From Anaerolineae bacterium (lineage in GTDB: Bacteria > Chloroflexota > Anaerolineae > Anaerolineales > RBG-16-64-43), in the NCBI GenBank assembly GCA_003141675.1, contig PLND01000063.1, positions 30,036-94,035 on the forward strand: DNA of 64,000 nt. The letters are read 5' to 3'. The position numbers were made by a program, and so were the translations under genes. Positions 8,936 to 17,974 of the stretch are shown here, in pieces. The notes beneath the pieces are model-generated. The model had not been told where the DNA came from, did no database searches, and saw only the letters and a program-made list of their open reading frames with translations. Each line of letters opens with the position of its first letter. Within the stretch, counting starts at the first letter, position 1.

Positions 8936-9697
8936 ATGACGAATCAAGATACCGAAACGATCCACGCCGCCGTGCAGGATCATTACCGCCGGGAAGCGGA
9001 GAATTTTTCCTCCGATTGTTGCGGGTCCAAAACGCCTTGCGATTGCGCCTCGACGAAAAATTATGCGGCGGATGACTTGCGGGTTCTCCCGGCGGGCCTG
9101 GCGGAGGTCTCGCTGGGGTGCGGTAATCCGGTTTCGGCGATCGACATGCGGGAAGGCGACACGGTGATGGACTTGGGCTCCGGCGGGGGATTGGATTGCT
9201 TCCTGTCCGCCAAGAAGGTTGGCTCCCGCGGGAGGGTGATCGGGGTGGATATGACTCCGGAAATGATCGCCAAAGCGGAAGCCAACGCGCTGAAGGTCGG
9301 CGCAACCAATGTTGAATTCCGGCGGGGACAGATCGAATCCATTCCCGTCGCCGACGGGGAAGTGGATGTCGTCATTTCGAATTGCGTGATCAACCTCTCG
9401 CCCGACAAGCCGGCGGTGTTCCGGGAAATGTTCCGGGCATTGAAAAGCGGCGGGCGCGTGGCCGTCTCCGACATCGTCACCAACGGCCCCATGTCGCCCG
9501 TGGTGGCCAAGTCGTTGGATAGCTGGGCGGGATGCGTCACCGGGGCGCTGGATATAGAAGAGTACCGGCAGGGTTTGATCGCCGCCGGGTTCCAAAACGT
9601 TGCGGTGACTCCCACCGACGGCACTCCGCTGGCTGCCTTTGCGCAACGTCTTCCCGGCCTCCCATTCTCAGCGCTAATCACGGCGCGGAAACCATAA
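8936..9697 (+). CDS. arsM: arsenite S-adenosylmethionine methyltransferase
   Basis: SAM motif I VMDLGSGGGLD. ArsM-typical VDVVISNCVINLSPDK and WAGCVTGAL cysteines, plus an N-terminal Cys-rich segment (DCCGSKTPCDC). Confidence 0.9.
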   Translation: MTNQDTETIHAAVQDHYRREAENFSSDCCGSKTPCDCASTKNYAADDLRVLPAGLAEVSLGCGNPVSAIDMREGDTVMDLGSGGGLDCFLSAKKVGSRGRVIGVDMTPEMIAKAEANALKVGATNVEFRRGQIESIPVADGEVDVVISNCVINLSPDKPAVFREMFRALKSGGRVAVSDIVTNGPMSPVVAKSLDSWAGCVTGALDIEEYRQGLIAAGFQNVAVTPTDGTPLAAFAQRLPGLPFSALITARKP

Positions 9698-9708
9698 TTA
9701 TTTCCGAA

Positions 9709-9739
9709 CCCCCGGCACGAGAAGCCGGAGGATTTTTTT
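9709..9739 (+). terminator. putative intrinsic terminator after arsM
   Basis: Short GC stem (CCGGC...GCCGG, extendable) followed by T7 run 9733-9739. Confidence 0.5.
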
Positions 9740-9868
9740 ATCGATTAAAGGGATTTGGGTATGATTCCTGTATCTATTGGTAATGGGACTCCCCTGTTCG
9801 CGGTGGAATAGAATCCGGGGAACGCCTGTGCTAGAATTCAAGTGACCATCTATCCGGAGGAGAATCTC

Positions 9869-10336
9869 ATGGAAAACAGCCGACCCCGCGGAAAGTATTT
9901 CGAAGAGCTTGCCCTTAGCCAGATGATTTATACGGCTTCCCGCACGGTGACCGAGGCCGACGTGGTTGGTTTCGCCGGGCTATCGGGCGATTTCAACCAG
10001 ATTCATATCGACGCCCGGTACGCCGCCCAGGGGCCGTTCGGCCAGCGTGTGGCGCACGGGCTGCTCGTGCTTTCCATCATTTCGGGCCTGGCGGTACAGA
10101 CCGGCGTGATGGATCGCACGGTGATTGCCTTCCGTGAAATCGCCGATTGGAAATTCAGCAAGCCCGTGTTCTTCGGCGATACGGTGCGGGGCGAGATGGA
10201 AGTGGTGGGTCTCAAACCGTTCCCGCGTCTGGGCGGGGGCGCGGTGGACATCGCCATCACGGTTAAAAATCAAAAAGATGAATCCGTGATGAGCGGCAAG
10301 TGGGTCATTCTCCTCCAGAGCAAACCCGCCGCCTGA
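9869..10336 (+). CDS. MaoC-family (R)-specific enoyl-CoA hydratase/dehydratase
   Basis: Hot-dog fold signature GLSGDFNQIHIDARYAAQGPFGQRVAHGLL. Start at ATG 9869 behind GGAGGA; the ORF opens at GTG 9842. Confidence 0.85.
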   Translation: MENSRPRGKYFEELALSQMIYTASRTVTEADVVGFAGLSGDFNQIHIDARYAAQGPFGQRVAHGLLVLSIISGLAVQTGVMDRTVIAFREIADWKFSKPVFFGDTVRGEMEVVGLKPFPRLGGGAVDIAITVKNQKDESVMSGKWVILLQSKPAA

Positions 10337-10337
10337 T

Positions 10338-13300
10338 ATGGACGAATCGTCCGCGGACCGCTTCCGCCGGTTGAGGCGCAGCCTGGAAGAAACCGGGGAT
10401 ATGGATGAATCGGAAGAGGAACCCTCCGCTTCCGAGCCGGCTTCTCCTGCGGATCAGGAAACTCCGCCCGAAGAGGAAAAACCGTTGTCCGAGGCGGAAG
10501 GTCTGGATCGCCCGATCCCGGACGAAAAAACAACCAAAGAGACGAGTCAAGGGGAAACGATGGATCCCGCCGCAGAGGGATCTTCTTCCGCGTTGGAAGC
10601 GGAACCGTCTGTTCCGCCCCTTGCGGCGGAGGAGCAGGAAGCCCGGTCCGTTATATCGGAATCGGCCGCGCCGAAGAGTTTCCCGATAAAACTATCCGCC
10701 CCGCAATGGCGTGCGCGCCGCCGGTTTTCCCATACCGGCCCGCTTCCCCCGGCGCCGGAATCAGCGCAACCTCCCGCCGTATCCGATACATCACGGATCC
10801 GGCGCGGACGAAAACGACCCTTTCGCACATGTCTCGTTCGGATCGCATTGACTGCAGTCTTCGCCTTCACCGCGATGTTTTTCGTGGCGGCGGGATTCAT
10901 CCTGTACGAATATTTCGAGATCGCCTCCACCCTGCCCTCGGTGGAGGACCTGAAATCGCGCGCGTCGCAATTTGAAACCACGCGGATCTACGACCGCAAC
11001 GGCGATCTGCTCTATGAGATTCTCGATCCGAACGAAGGCCGGCGGACATACACGACGCTGGCCAACATTTCCCCGTACATGTCGGCGGCCACCATCGCCA
11101 TCGAGGACCATTCGTATTACAGCCATCCCGGATTCGACCCGTGGGGAATTCTGCGCGCCTTCACTCAGAATATTTCCTCTGGCGAGACGATTTCCGGCGC
11201 CTCCACCATTACGCAGCAACTGGCGCGCACGCTGCTCATGACCCCCGAGGAGCGGACGGAACAATCCTACCTGCGCAAGGTCCGCGAGGCCTTGCTGGCT
11301 GTCGAAATCACTCGCAGATATTCCAAGGATGAAATTCTCGAGCTGTACCTGAACGAAATCTCCTATGGCAACCTCGCCTACGGTGTGGAAGCGGCCGCGG
11401 AAACGTATTTTCAAACGACGGCCGACAAGCTCACCCTCGATCAGGCTTCGCTGCTGGCGGGCATTCCCCAGGCGCCCTCGGTATACGACGTCTATTCAAA
11501 CCGCGAGGCCACGCTCGAGCGCCAGCGCCAGGTGCTGGTGGCGATGATCGAGACCAGCACGGCGCAAAACTGCATATTCGTCGGATTGACCCGGTCCGCC
11601 GTGTGTGTGACGGCCGAGGATGCCGGCGCCGCGTGGACCATCGCCCAAAGCCAGACGTTCCAGCCGCCGGATGTGAGCATGCGCTACCCGCACTGGGTGA
11701 ATTACATCCGCCAGCTTCTGGAAGCCAAGTACGATCCGCAGACGATCTACCGCTCCGGCTTCCAGGTTTACACGACGCTCGACCCCGCACTGCAGGATCT
11801 GGCCGATGGGATCGTGCAGCAACAGGTGGCGGCGCTTGCCGATAAGCACGTCACCGGCGGCGCGCTGGTCGCCATCCGCCCTGCGACCGGGGAGATCCTG
11901 GCCATGGTCGGATCGCCCGATTTTTCCGCGCAGCCTTCCGGCCAAATTAACATGGCCATCCGGCCGCGGCAGTCGGGCTCCGCGATCAAACCACTGACCT
12001 ATACGGCGGCATTCGAAAAAGGCTGGACTCCCGCCACGCTGCTCTGGGACGTTCCCACCGAGTTTCCCCCCTCCAACGATCCCTTCGATACCAATCCGCC
12101 TTACAAACCGGTGAACTACGACGGAAAATTCCACGGGCCGGTGACCATTCGCACCGCGCTGGCCAATTCCTACAACATCCCGGCGGTCAAGACGCTTCAA
12201 TATGTGGGCATCTACGACGACCCGTCCACTCCGCAGCCCGACGGGCTGATCGCAATGGCCAAACGCCTCGGGATCACCACGTTGACCCAGACCGATTACA
12301 GCTATTCGCTCGCCCTGGGCGCTGGAGCGGTGAGCCCGCTGGAGCTGACCGCGGCCTACGCGGTGTTCGCCAACGGTGGAATTCGCGTTCCGCCGGTGGC
12401 GATCACGAAGATCGCAACCTACGACGGGAAAACGGTTTTTGAATACAAACCCTCGGAGGGGGAACAGGTGATCCGTCCGGAGCATGCATTCCTAATCTCC
12501 TCGATCCTTTCGGACAACGACGCGCGCACGCCGATGTTCGGACCCAACTCGGTGCTCAACCTGCCGTTCCCCGCCGCGGTAAAAACCGGGACCACCAACG
12601 ACTTTCGCGACAATTGGACGCTGGGATACACGCCTGACCTGGTGGCCGGTGTGTGGGTCGGCAATCCCGATAATACACAAATGATCGAGAGCACCGGGGT
12701 GAGCGGGGCGGCGCCGATCTGGTCCCAGTTCATGATCCAGGCTGTGCAACAGGTAACCGGCGGCAAACCCACGCCGTTCGTTGCGCCTCCCGGAATCACG
12801 CAGAAGCTGATCTGCTCCGTCTCCGGCGCGGAACCGAGCAAATATTGCCCCGCCACGCGCACGGAATTCTTTGCCGCCGACCAGCCGCCGTTGCCGGCGG
12901 ATCAGGACTTGTGGCGCGACGCGTACATCGACCTGTTCACCGGTTTGCGCGCCTCCGCGGGTTGTCCGACCTATTACGATCAGGAGTTGACCGTCGCCGT
13001 CACCGACCCGGCGGCCCGGCAATGGCTGGTCTCCGATCCGGATGGACGGACGTGGGCCCAGCGGAACGGATTCCCGGATCCGATCCTTTTTTATCCGGAG
13101 GGCGAATGCACCGCGGACAGCCCGCATCCGATCCTCCAGATCTCCAATCCCAGAGACGGCCAGACTGTCACCGATCCGCGGATGGAGATCCATGGAGAGG
13201 CGGGCGCCACGCGCGAGTTTGATCATTTCACGCTCGAGTATGCGTCGGACCGCGAGCCGGACCATTGGATTGCGATCATTCCATCATCGACCACGCCGAT

Positions 13301-13634
13301 TGTTACGCCGGGCAAGCTGGCGGAGTGGGACCTTTCCAATATCGATGACGGATGGATGACCATCCGGCTGACCGTATATTCCCGTCAGGGGGGAAAAGTG
13401 GATCTGAAAGTGCATTTCGAACTGCGCAAACCTTCCCCCACCGAAGTGCCGACGCGCACCCCCAATCCCACGCCCACCATCACGCAGACGGCGACGATCA
13501 CTTCCACGCAAATCCCGACCCAAACTCCGACAGAAGTTCCGACCGAAACACCCTCCGACACGCCGTCCCTCACGCCCACGGATGAGCCCACCGCGACCGA
13601 GACGCCTATCCCGTCCGCCACCCCGACCCTGTAG
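10338..13634 (+). CDS. class A penicillin-binding protein (PBP1A-type transglycosylase/transpeptidase)
   Basis: GT51 motifs (EDHSYYSHPGFD, GASTITQQLAR, RKVREAL). Transpeptidase motifs SGSAIKP, SYN and KTGTTND. About 170-aa acidic N-terminal extension before the TM helix and a PT-rich C-terminal tail. Confidence 0.95.
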   Translation: MDESSADRFRRLRRSLEETGDMDESEEEPSASEPASPADQETPPEEEKPLSEAEGLDRPIPDEKTTKETSQGETMDPAAEGSSSALEAEPSVPPLAAEEQEARSVISESAAPKSFPIKLSAPQWRARRRFSHTGPLPPAPESAQPPAVSDTSRIRRGRKRPFRTCLVRIALTAVFAFTAMFFVAAGFILYEYFEIASTLPSVEDLKSRASQFETTRIYDRNGDLLYEILDPNEGRRTYTTLANISPYMSAATIAIEDHSYYSHPGFDPWGILRAFTQNISSGETISGASTITQQLARTLLMTPEERTEQSYLRKVREALLAVEITRRYSKDEILELYLNEISYGNLAYGVEAAAETYFQTTADKLTLDQASLLAGIPQAPSVYDVYSNREATLERQRQVLVAMIETSTAQNCIFVGLTRSAVCVTAEDAGAAWTIAQSQTFQPPDVSMRYPHWVNYIRQLLEAKYDPQTIYRSGFQVYTTLDPALQDLADGIVQQQVAALADKHVTGGALVAIRPATGEILAMVGSPDFSAQPSGQINMAIRPRQSGSAIKPLTYTAAFEKGWTPATLLWDVPTEFPPSNDPFDTNPPYKPVNYDGKFHGPVTIRTALANSYNIPAVKTLQYVGIYDDPSTPQPDGLIAMAKRLGITTLTQTDYSYSLALGAGAVSPLELTAAYAVFANGGIRVPPVAITKIATYDGKTVFEYKPSEGEQVIRPEHAFLISSILSDNDARTPMFGPNSVLNLPFPAAVKTGTTNDFRDNWTLGYTPDLVAGVWVGNPDNTQMIESTGVSGAAPIWSQFMIQAVQQVTGGKPTPFVAPPGITQKLICSVSGAEPSKYCPATRTEFFAADQPPLPADQDLWRDAYIDLFTGLRASAGCPTYYDQELTVAVTDPAARQWLVSDPDGRTWAQRNGFPDPILFYPEGECTADSPHPILQISNPRDGQTVTDPRMEIHGEAGATREFDHFTLEYASDREPDHWIAIIPSSTTPIVTPGKLAEWDLSNIDDGWMTIRLTVYSRQGGKVDLKVHFELRKPSPTEVPTRTPNPTPTITQTATITSTQIPTQTPTEVPTETPSDTPSLTPTDEPTATETPIPSATPTL

Positions 13635-13765
13635 GCTGGATTTCCCCAGCGCGATATAATTTCCCGGGCTATTCTCCCGGCATTCCAGCAAGAAGCCCTT
13701 CCTGTCTGTTTTCCTCCCATGCGAAAGCGATATGCAGGATCCGGGAATCTTTGGATGGTCTTCCC

Positions 13766-15217
13766 ATGGATTCCAGTTCGATCTCGCGAAATGACGCCGA
13801 CCGGGAAAAACGTTTGGTGGCGCTGTCTTCGGTCGTAGCGGCGATTTTCCTAACCTCCATGAAGCTCGTCGTCGGGCTACTGACGGGGTCGCTGGGCATC
13901 CTCTCCGAAGCGGCGCATTCGGCGCTGGATCTGGTCGCCGCCGCCGTGACGCTGCTTGCGGTACGCCTTTCCGGGCGGCCGGCCAGCAACAGCTATACCT
14001 ACGGCCACGGGAAGATTGAAAACCTCTCCGCCCTGTTCGAAACCCTGCTGCTACTGGTCACCTGCCTGTGGATCATCTATGAAGCGATCCAGCGGTTGTT
14101 TTTTCACCCGGTCGTGGTCGAAACTACCGTTGCGGCGTTTGCCGTTATGGCGATTTCCATTGTGATCGATTTTTCGCGTTCGCGGGTCTTGGCTCGCGCG
14201 GCGCGCAAATATCAGAGTCAGGCGCTCGAGGCGGACGCGCTGCATTTCTCTACCGACATCTGGTCCTCGACGGTGGTCATCGGCGGGCTGTTGCTGGTTT
14301 TCCTCTCCCGGCAGCTGTCGATCCCCTGGCTGGGACAAGCCGACGCCGTGGCGGCGCTGGGAGTGGCCTGCATCGTCGTATACATATCGGTGCAGCTAGG
14401 CCGACGGACGATCATTGGTTTGCTGGATGGCATCCCGGGTGGATTGCGCGAGGAAATCCTGCACGCGGCGAAGGTGCCCGGCGTGATGGAAGTGAAACGC
14501 GTGCGCGTTCGGCGCAGCGGAGCGGAGTCCTTCGTGGACGTGGTTCTGCTGGTGCCGCCGAACACCCCGTTGGAACGGGCGCATCAAATCGTCCAGGAAG
14601 CGCGGGACAGGGTGCGCTCCATTCTTCCCCAGGCGGACGTGGTGGTGGAGGTCGATCCGGATTCGGTCCGCGCCGAGGGCGTGCTGGACGTCGTCCGGCA
14701 AATGGCGGCTCGCCAGGGGGTGGGCGTGCACAGCGTCCACCTATACGAGGTGCCCGGATCGCGGCTGCTGGAGCTTCACCTGGAAGTGAGCGACGACCTG
14801 CGGTTGGACGAAGCCCACGCGCTGGCCGGCGTTTTTGAAGAATCGCTCCATGCGGCGCTGCCGGACCTGGGGGAAATCGTCACCCACATCGAGCCCGCCG
14901 GAGATTCCACGCTGCGGCGCCCGGCCTCTCCGGCGGATGAGGCGCGGCTGATGCGCTCCATCCAAGCTGTGGCGGATTCACTCGCGGTTAAATGCGAGCC
15001 GCACCAGGTGAACGTACGCCGGGTCGAAGAGGATCTGGTGGTCAGCTTTCATTGCCTGATCAGCCCCGATATCGCGATCCGCGACGCGCACGCGTTCACC
15101 GAACAGTTCGAGCGGGCCTTGCGAGCCCGCGAACCGGAACTCGGGCGGGTGGTGATCCACGTCGAGCCGGATTCTGATCCAACCGCGGAAAAGGGCAAAA
15201 CGGGGGAAGAGGAATAA
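13766..15217 (+). CDS. cation diffusion facilitator (CDF) transporter with three tandem cytoplasmic C-terminal domains
   Basis: TM2 HSALD and TM5 HFSTD metal-site motifs. Three successive CTD-like units end VVVEVDP, IVTHIEP and VVIHVEP. First ATG is 13766; the ORF opens at TTG 13751. Confidence 0.9.
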   Translation: MDSSSISRNDADREKRLVALSSVVAAIFLTSMKLVVGLLTGSLGILSEAAHSALDLVAAAVTLLAVRLSGRPASNSYTYGHGKIENLSALFETLLLLVTCLWIIYEAIQRLFFHPVVVETTVAAFAVMAISIVIDFSRSRVLARAARKYQSQALEADALHFSTDIWSSTVVIGGLLLVFLSRQLSIPWLGQADAVAALGVACIVVYISVQLGRRTIIGLLDGIPGGLREEILHAAKVPGVMEVKRVRVRRSGAESFVDVVLLVPPNTPLERAHQIVQEARDRVRSILPQADVVVEVDPDSVRAEGVLDVVRQMAARQGVGVHSVHLYEVPGSRLLELHLEVSDDLRLDEAHALAGVFEESLHAALPDLGEIVTHIEPAGDSTLRRPASPADEARLMRSIQAVADSLAVKCEPHQVNVRRVEEDLVVSFHCLISPDIAIRDAHAFTEQFERALRAREPELGRVVIHVEPDSDPTAEKGKTGEEE

Positions 15218-15228
15218 TGTCGAACTTT

Positions 15229-15268
15229 TAACGCAAAGCCCGCCCCGGGTGGGGTGGGCTTTGCGTTA
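15229..15268 (+). terminator. terminator-like hairpin after CDF gene
   Basis: 13-bp stem TAACGCAAAGCCC / GGGCTTTGCGTTA. The downstream T-run is weak. Confidence 0.45.
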
Positions 15269-15397
15269 AGATTTAAAGTTCTTACAATTGAGCCGAAAAC
15301 ACTCCTAGTTTAAAAATAATTATATATAGACAAAATCATGTTCTGACAACACCGAACAGATAGGGCTTTACCTATCCCAAGTTGTATAATCCCACCC

Positions 15398-16342
15398 ATG
15401 TTTGTCCGTAGAGCAAGGTTGGGAATCTGGATTCTTTTCCTGGCGGGTTGCCGCGCCGTCGCGACGCCCACACCCGCTTTTCCCACGCCGGTTCAATGGC
15501 TGTCGCCCACCACATCTCCCACTCTGGTTTTCCCCACGCCGGTGGTGACACTGACCCCATCGCCCATACCTACCGCTACGCCGAAGACCTACACGGTTAA
15601 AAAGGGCGACACGTTGGGAGGAATCGCAACCCGCTTCGGCGTTAAGGTGGAGGACATCCAGAAGGCTAATCCCGGTGTGGATCCGAACGCGCTCTCGATT
15701 GGGATAGTCCTGATCATCCCAGGTGTCTCCGGATCGGATGGAACGATTCAACCCTCGCCGACTCCGGTGGATCTGCAGGTGCAATTTCCACGTTGTTTCT
15801 ACCAGACCGGCGGCGGAAAATGGTGCCTCGCGCTGATCAGCAATCCGGGACCGGACCCGGTTTCGGGAATCTCCATCCGGTTTTCGTTGTACCCCTCCGC
15901 AATGGACTATCCTTCCGCCGTGCGCGAGATTGCGTTGCCCTTGATGGTGCTTCCCGCCGGTGCCCGCACGGCCGCCGCCGCGTTCTTTCCGCCGGAGGAA
16001 TCGCACGACGACATCCTGCGGGTGGAAATCCTCAGCGCGGTCCGGTCCGCAGAAGATGCGGCGACGCTTCCGCTGACCATTTTGAAAGAGACCTCACGGA
16101 TGCTGACGGATGGAATGGAAGTGACGGTCGATTATCAAGTGGATCCGCAGGCGCCTTCGCCGGCCGCCCGGTTGGACGCGGTGCTGACGCTCCTGGACGC
16201 CGCAGGGCAACCGATCGGATTCCGGATCTCCCGCATCGAGGGGCCGGTGGCGCAGGGTGCACCGCAGCACCTCGTGCTGAGCGCATTTGCATTATCCGGC
16301 CAACCGGTAAAATATGAGTTCATCCTCCAAGCCCGGTCCTGA
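15398..16342 (+). CDS. LysM domain-containing secreted protein
   Basis: Signal peptide, then LysM YTVKKGDTLGGIATRFGVKVEDIQKANPGV...LIIPG. TATAAT sits only about 8 nt before the ATG, so the mRNA may be leaderless. Confidence 0.8.
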   Translation: MFVRRARLGIWILFLAGCRAVATPTPAFPTPVQWLSPTTSPTLVFPTPVVTLTPSPIPTATPKTYTVKKGDTLGGIATRFGVKVEDIQKANPGVDPNALSIGIVLIIPGVSGSDGTIQPSPTPVDLQVQFPRCFYQTGGGKWCLALISNPGPDPVSGISIRFSLYPSAMDYPSAVREIALPLMVLPAGARTAAAAFFPPEESHDDILRVEILSAVRSAEDAATLPLTILKETSRMLTDGMEVTVDYQVDPQAPSPAARLDAVLTLLDAAGQPIGFRISRIEGPVAQGAPQHLVLSAFALSGQPVKYEFILQARS

Positions 16343-16353
16343 GGAATAGCGAC

Positions 16354-17016
16354 ATGTATTTTTTCGTTCGAAGCGTCTTTAGTTTTTTCCTCCATCTGGT
16401 GTCGAAGGTGACCGTCGAAGGCGCAGAAAACATCCCCGCCGACGGCGGCTTCCTGCTCACAACCAACCACCTCAGCTATGTCGATCCCCCGCTGCTGCTC
16501 ATCGCTGTTCCGCGCCGGATCCGCGTCTTCGCGGCGGAGAAATACCGCCGCAACCCGTTCCTGCGCCTCCTATTCGGAGGGATGGGCTGCGTCTGGGTGC
16601 GGCAATTTGAGGCGGACCACGAAGCGCTGCGGGAAGCCATCCGCCATTTGCAGTCCGGCGGCATTCTCGGAATGTCCCCGGAGGGCACCCGCAGCCGGGA
16701 GACCCACGCGCTGATCCGCGCTCGGGGCGGCGCGGCGTTGCTGGCCAGCCGTTCGGGCGTTCCGGTTTTACCAATGGCGGTGCGAGGCACGGAATCGTTT
16801 ATCCGCGATTTGCTCCACCTGCGCCGCCCGCGGATCGCCGTTCGGATCGGAAAACCGTACCGACTGGATATTTCTCCGCGGGCCAAAGGCGCCGAGCTGG
16901 AAAAGGGGACCATCGAGATCATGAGCGCCATCGCCGCGCTGCTTCCGCCAACCTATCGCGGGGAATACGCCGATCCGCACCAGCTTTCTTCGCACTGCCC
17001 CGAGGCGGGCGCGTGA
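16354..17016 (+). CDS. lysophospholipid (1-acyl-sn-glycerol-3-phosphate) acyltransferase family
   Basis: HX4D motif NHLSYVD, PEGTRS block and VPVLP block. Confidence 0.85.
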   Translation: MYFFVRSVFSFFLHLVSKVTVEGAENIPADGGFLLTTNHLSYVDPPLLLIAVPRRIRVFAAEKYRRNPFLRLLFGGMGCVWVRQFEADHEALREAIRHLQSGGILGMSPEGTRSRETHALIRARGGAALLASRSGVPVLPMAVRGTESFIRDLLHLRRPRIAVRIGKPYRLDISPRAKGAELEKGTIEIMSAIAALLPPTYRGEYADPHQLSSHCPEAGA

Positions 17017-17765
17017 GCGTCGAACCGCTGCTGCCCGGCGAGAGGGAATCGCTCCGAACGCTGTTGGAGATCCATCGTCCGGGCGACGCGATGGTTTCTT
17101 ATTACGCGCTGGAACACCCCGCATCCAAAACCAAAATCTGGGTCTATCGTTCTCCGGAGGGGCGGAAGGACGGTTTCCTTATCCGAGCCCAAACCGGACA
17201 GGATCTTTTCCGACCGCTGGTCACGTTGCGTATCCCGGAACCCGCCTCTGCGGCCGGGTTGCTTCAAGCCGCTTTTCCCTCTCCCGCTCCGGCAATCTTT
17301 TCCATACCGGAATCCCTCGGACTATGGGTGCTCCCGCTCCTTACCGCCGAACCTCCCACGCGCGTTTTGTTGTACCGGCTGAACCCCGCCCGGCTCGAAC
17401 CCGTGGTCAACATTCTCGTCAGCCGCGCCTCCTCACCGGATGGTCTCCCGCGCTACGAAATTCGCAACGAAGAGCGGCTGCTCGCGGCGGCCGGGGTGAA
17501 CTGGCAATCCTCTGTCTGGGCCGAAATTTTCGTCCAGACCGATCCAGCCGTGCGCGAAAGGGGATACGGAAAGTCGGTATGCGCAGCGCTTTGCCGGGAC
17601 CTGCTGAAACGGAAAAAAGATATCCTCTATTCCCTGGAAGAGGACAATCTCTCCTCCCTCCGGTTGGCCCAGGGGCTAGGGTTCGAAGACACGGGGGAAC
17701 GGGAAATCAATTTCACCGGATCGGTATTGGTACCTCCGCCGGTGGAAAGCGGAGGCGCAGCGTAG
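17013..17765 (+). CDS. GNAT-family N-acetyltransferase (C-terminal domain)
   Basis: GTG start overlaps the plsC-like stop by 4 nt. C-terminus has the acetyl-CoA loop-like segment RERGYGKSVCAALCRDLL...LGFEDTG. Confidence 0.65.
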   Translation: MSVEPLLPGERESLRTLLEIHRPGDAMVSYYALEHPASKTKIWVYRSPEGRKDGFLIRAQTGQDLFRPLVTLRIPEPASAAGLLQAAFPSPAPAIFSIPESLGLWVLPLLTAEPPTRVLLYRLNPARLEPVVNILVSRASSPDGLPRYEIRNEERLLAAAGVNWQSSVWAEIFVQTDPAVRERGYGKSVCAALCRDLLKRKKDILYSLEEDNLSSLRLAQGLGFEDTGEREINFTGSVLVPPPVESGGAA

Positions 17766-17852
17766 GGAGAGCCCCGCGCGGCTCGCGACAGCTCAGCGAA
17801 ATATCCTGAAACACAAGGACGACATGAAGAAACGCATGGACCATATGCTATA

Positions 17853-17935
17853 GGTTTGTGAAAAGGTCAGGGTTTGTCATTGCGAACCCCGCCCCGGCCC
17901 ACTCCGACCGGGGCGGGCGAAGCAATCTGGGTTTT
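17853..17935 (+). repeat. partial copy of the composite palindromic repeat family seen at 53097-54339
   Basis: TTTGTGAAAAGGTCA...CCCGCCCCGG-cccactccga-CCGGGGCGGG-CGAAG matches TTTGTGGAAAGAGTCA...CCGGCCCACCCCACCGGGGCGGGCGAAG of the lysE-flanking units. Perfect 10-bp stem. Confidence 0.7.
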
Positions 17936-17974
17936 CCGACCCTTGCCAGAAGAGAATTCACCAGGAAGGATTCG

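Noticed and set aside
8177-9646. Minus-strand ORFs 8177-8764 and 8900-9646 across the arsR/arsM locus
   Set aside because: They are antisense to arsR and arsM, which have clear motifs, promoters and RBSs.
13425-13634. PT-rich repetitive DNA at the 3' end of the PBP1A gene as a possible independent repeat element
   Set aside because: It is in frame within the PBP ORF and encodes a Pro/Thr linker-like tail, which is common in this genome's secreted proteins. It is not an autonomous repeat.
17858-17974. Upstream start for GH1 beta-glucosidase (and likewise 54332-54367 for the yitJ-like gene)
   Set aside because: The extra codons are encoded by copies of the palindromic repeat. Downstream ATGs have proper RBSs and match the conserved protein N-termini.
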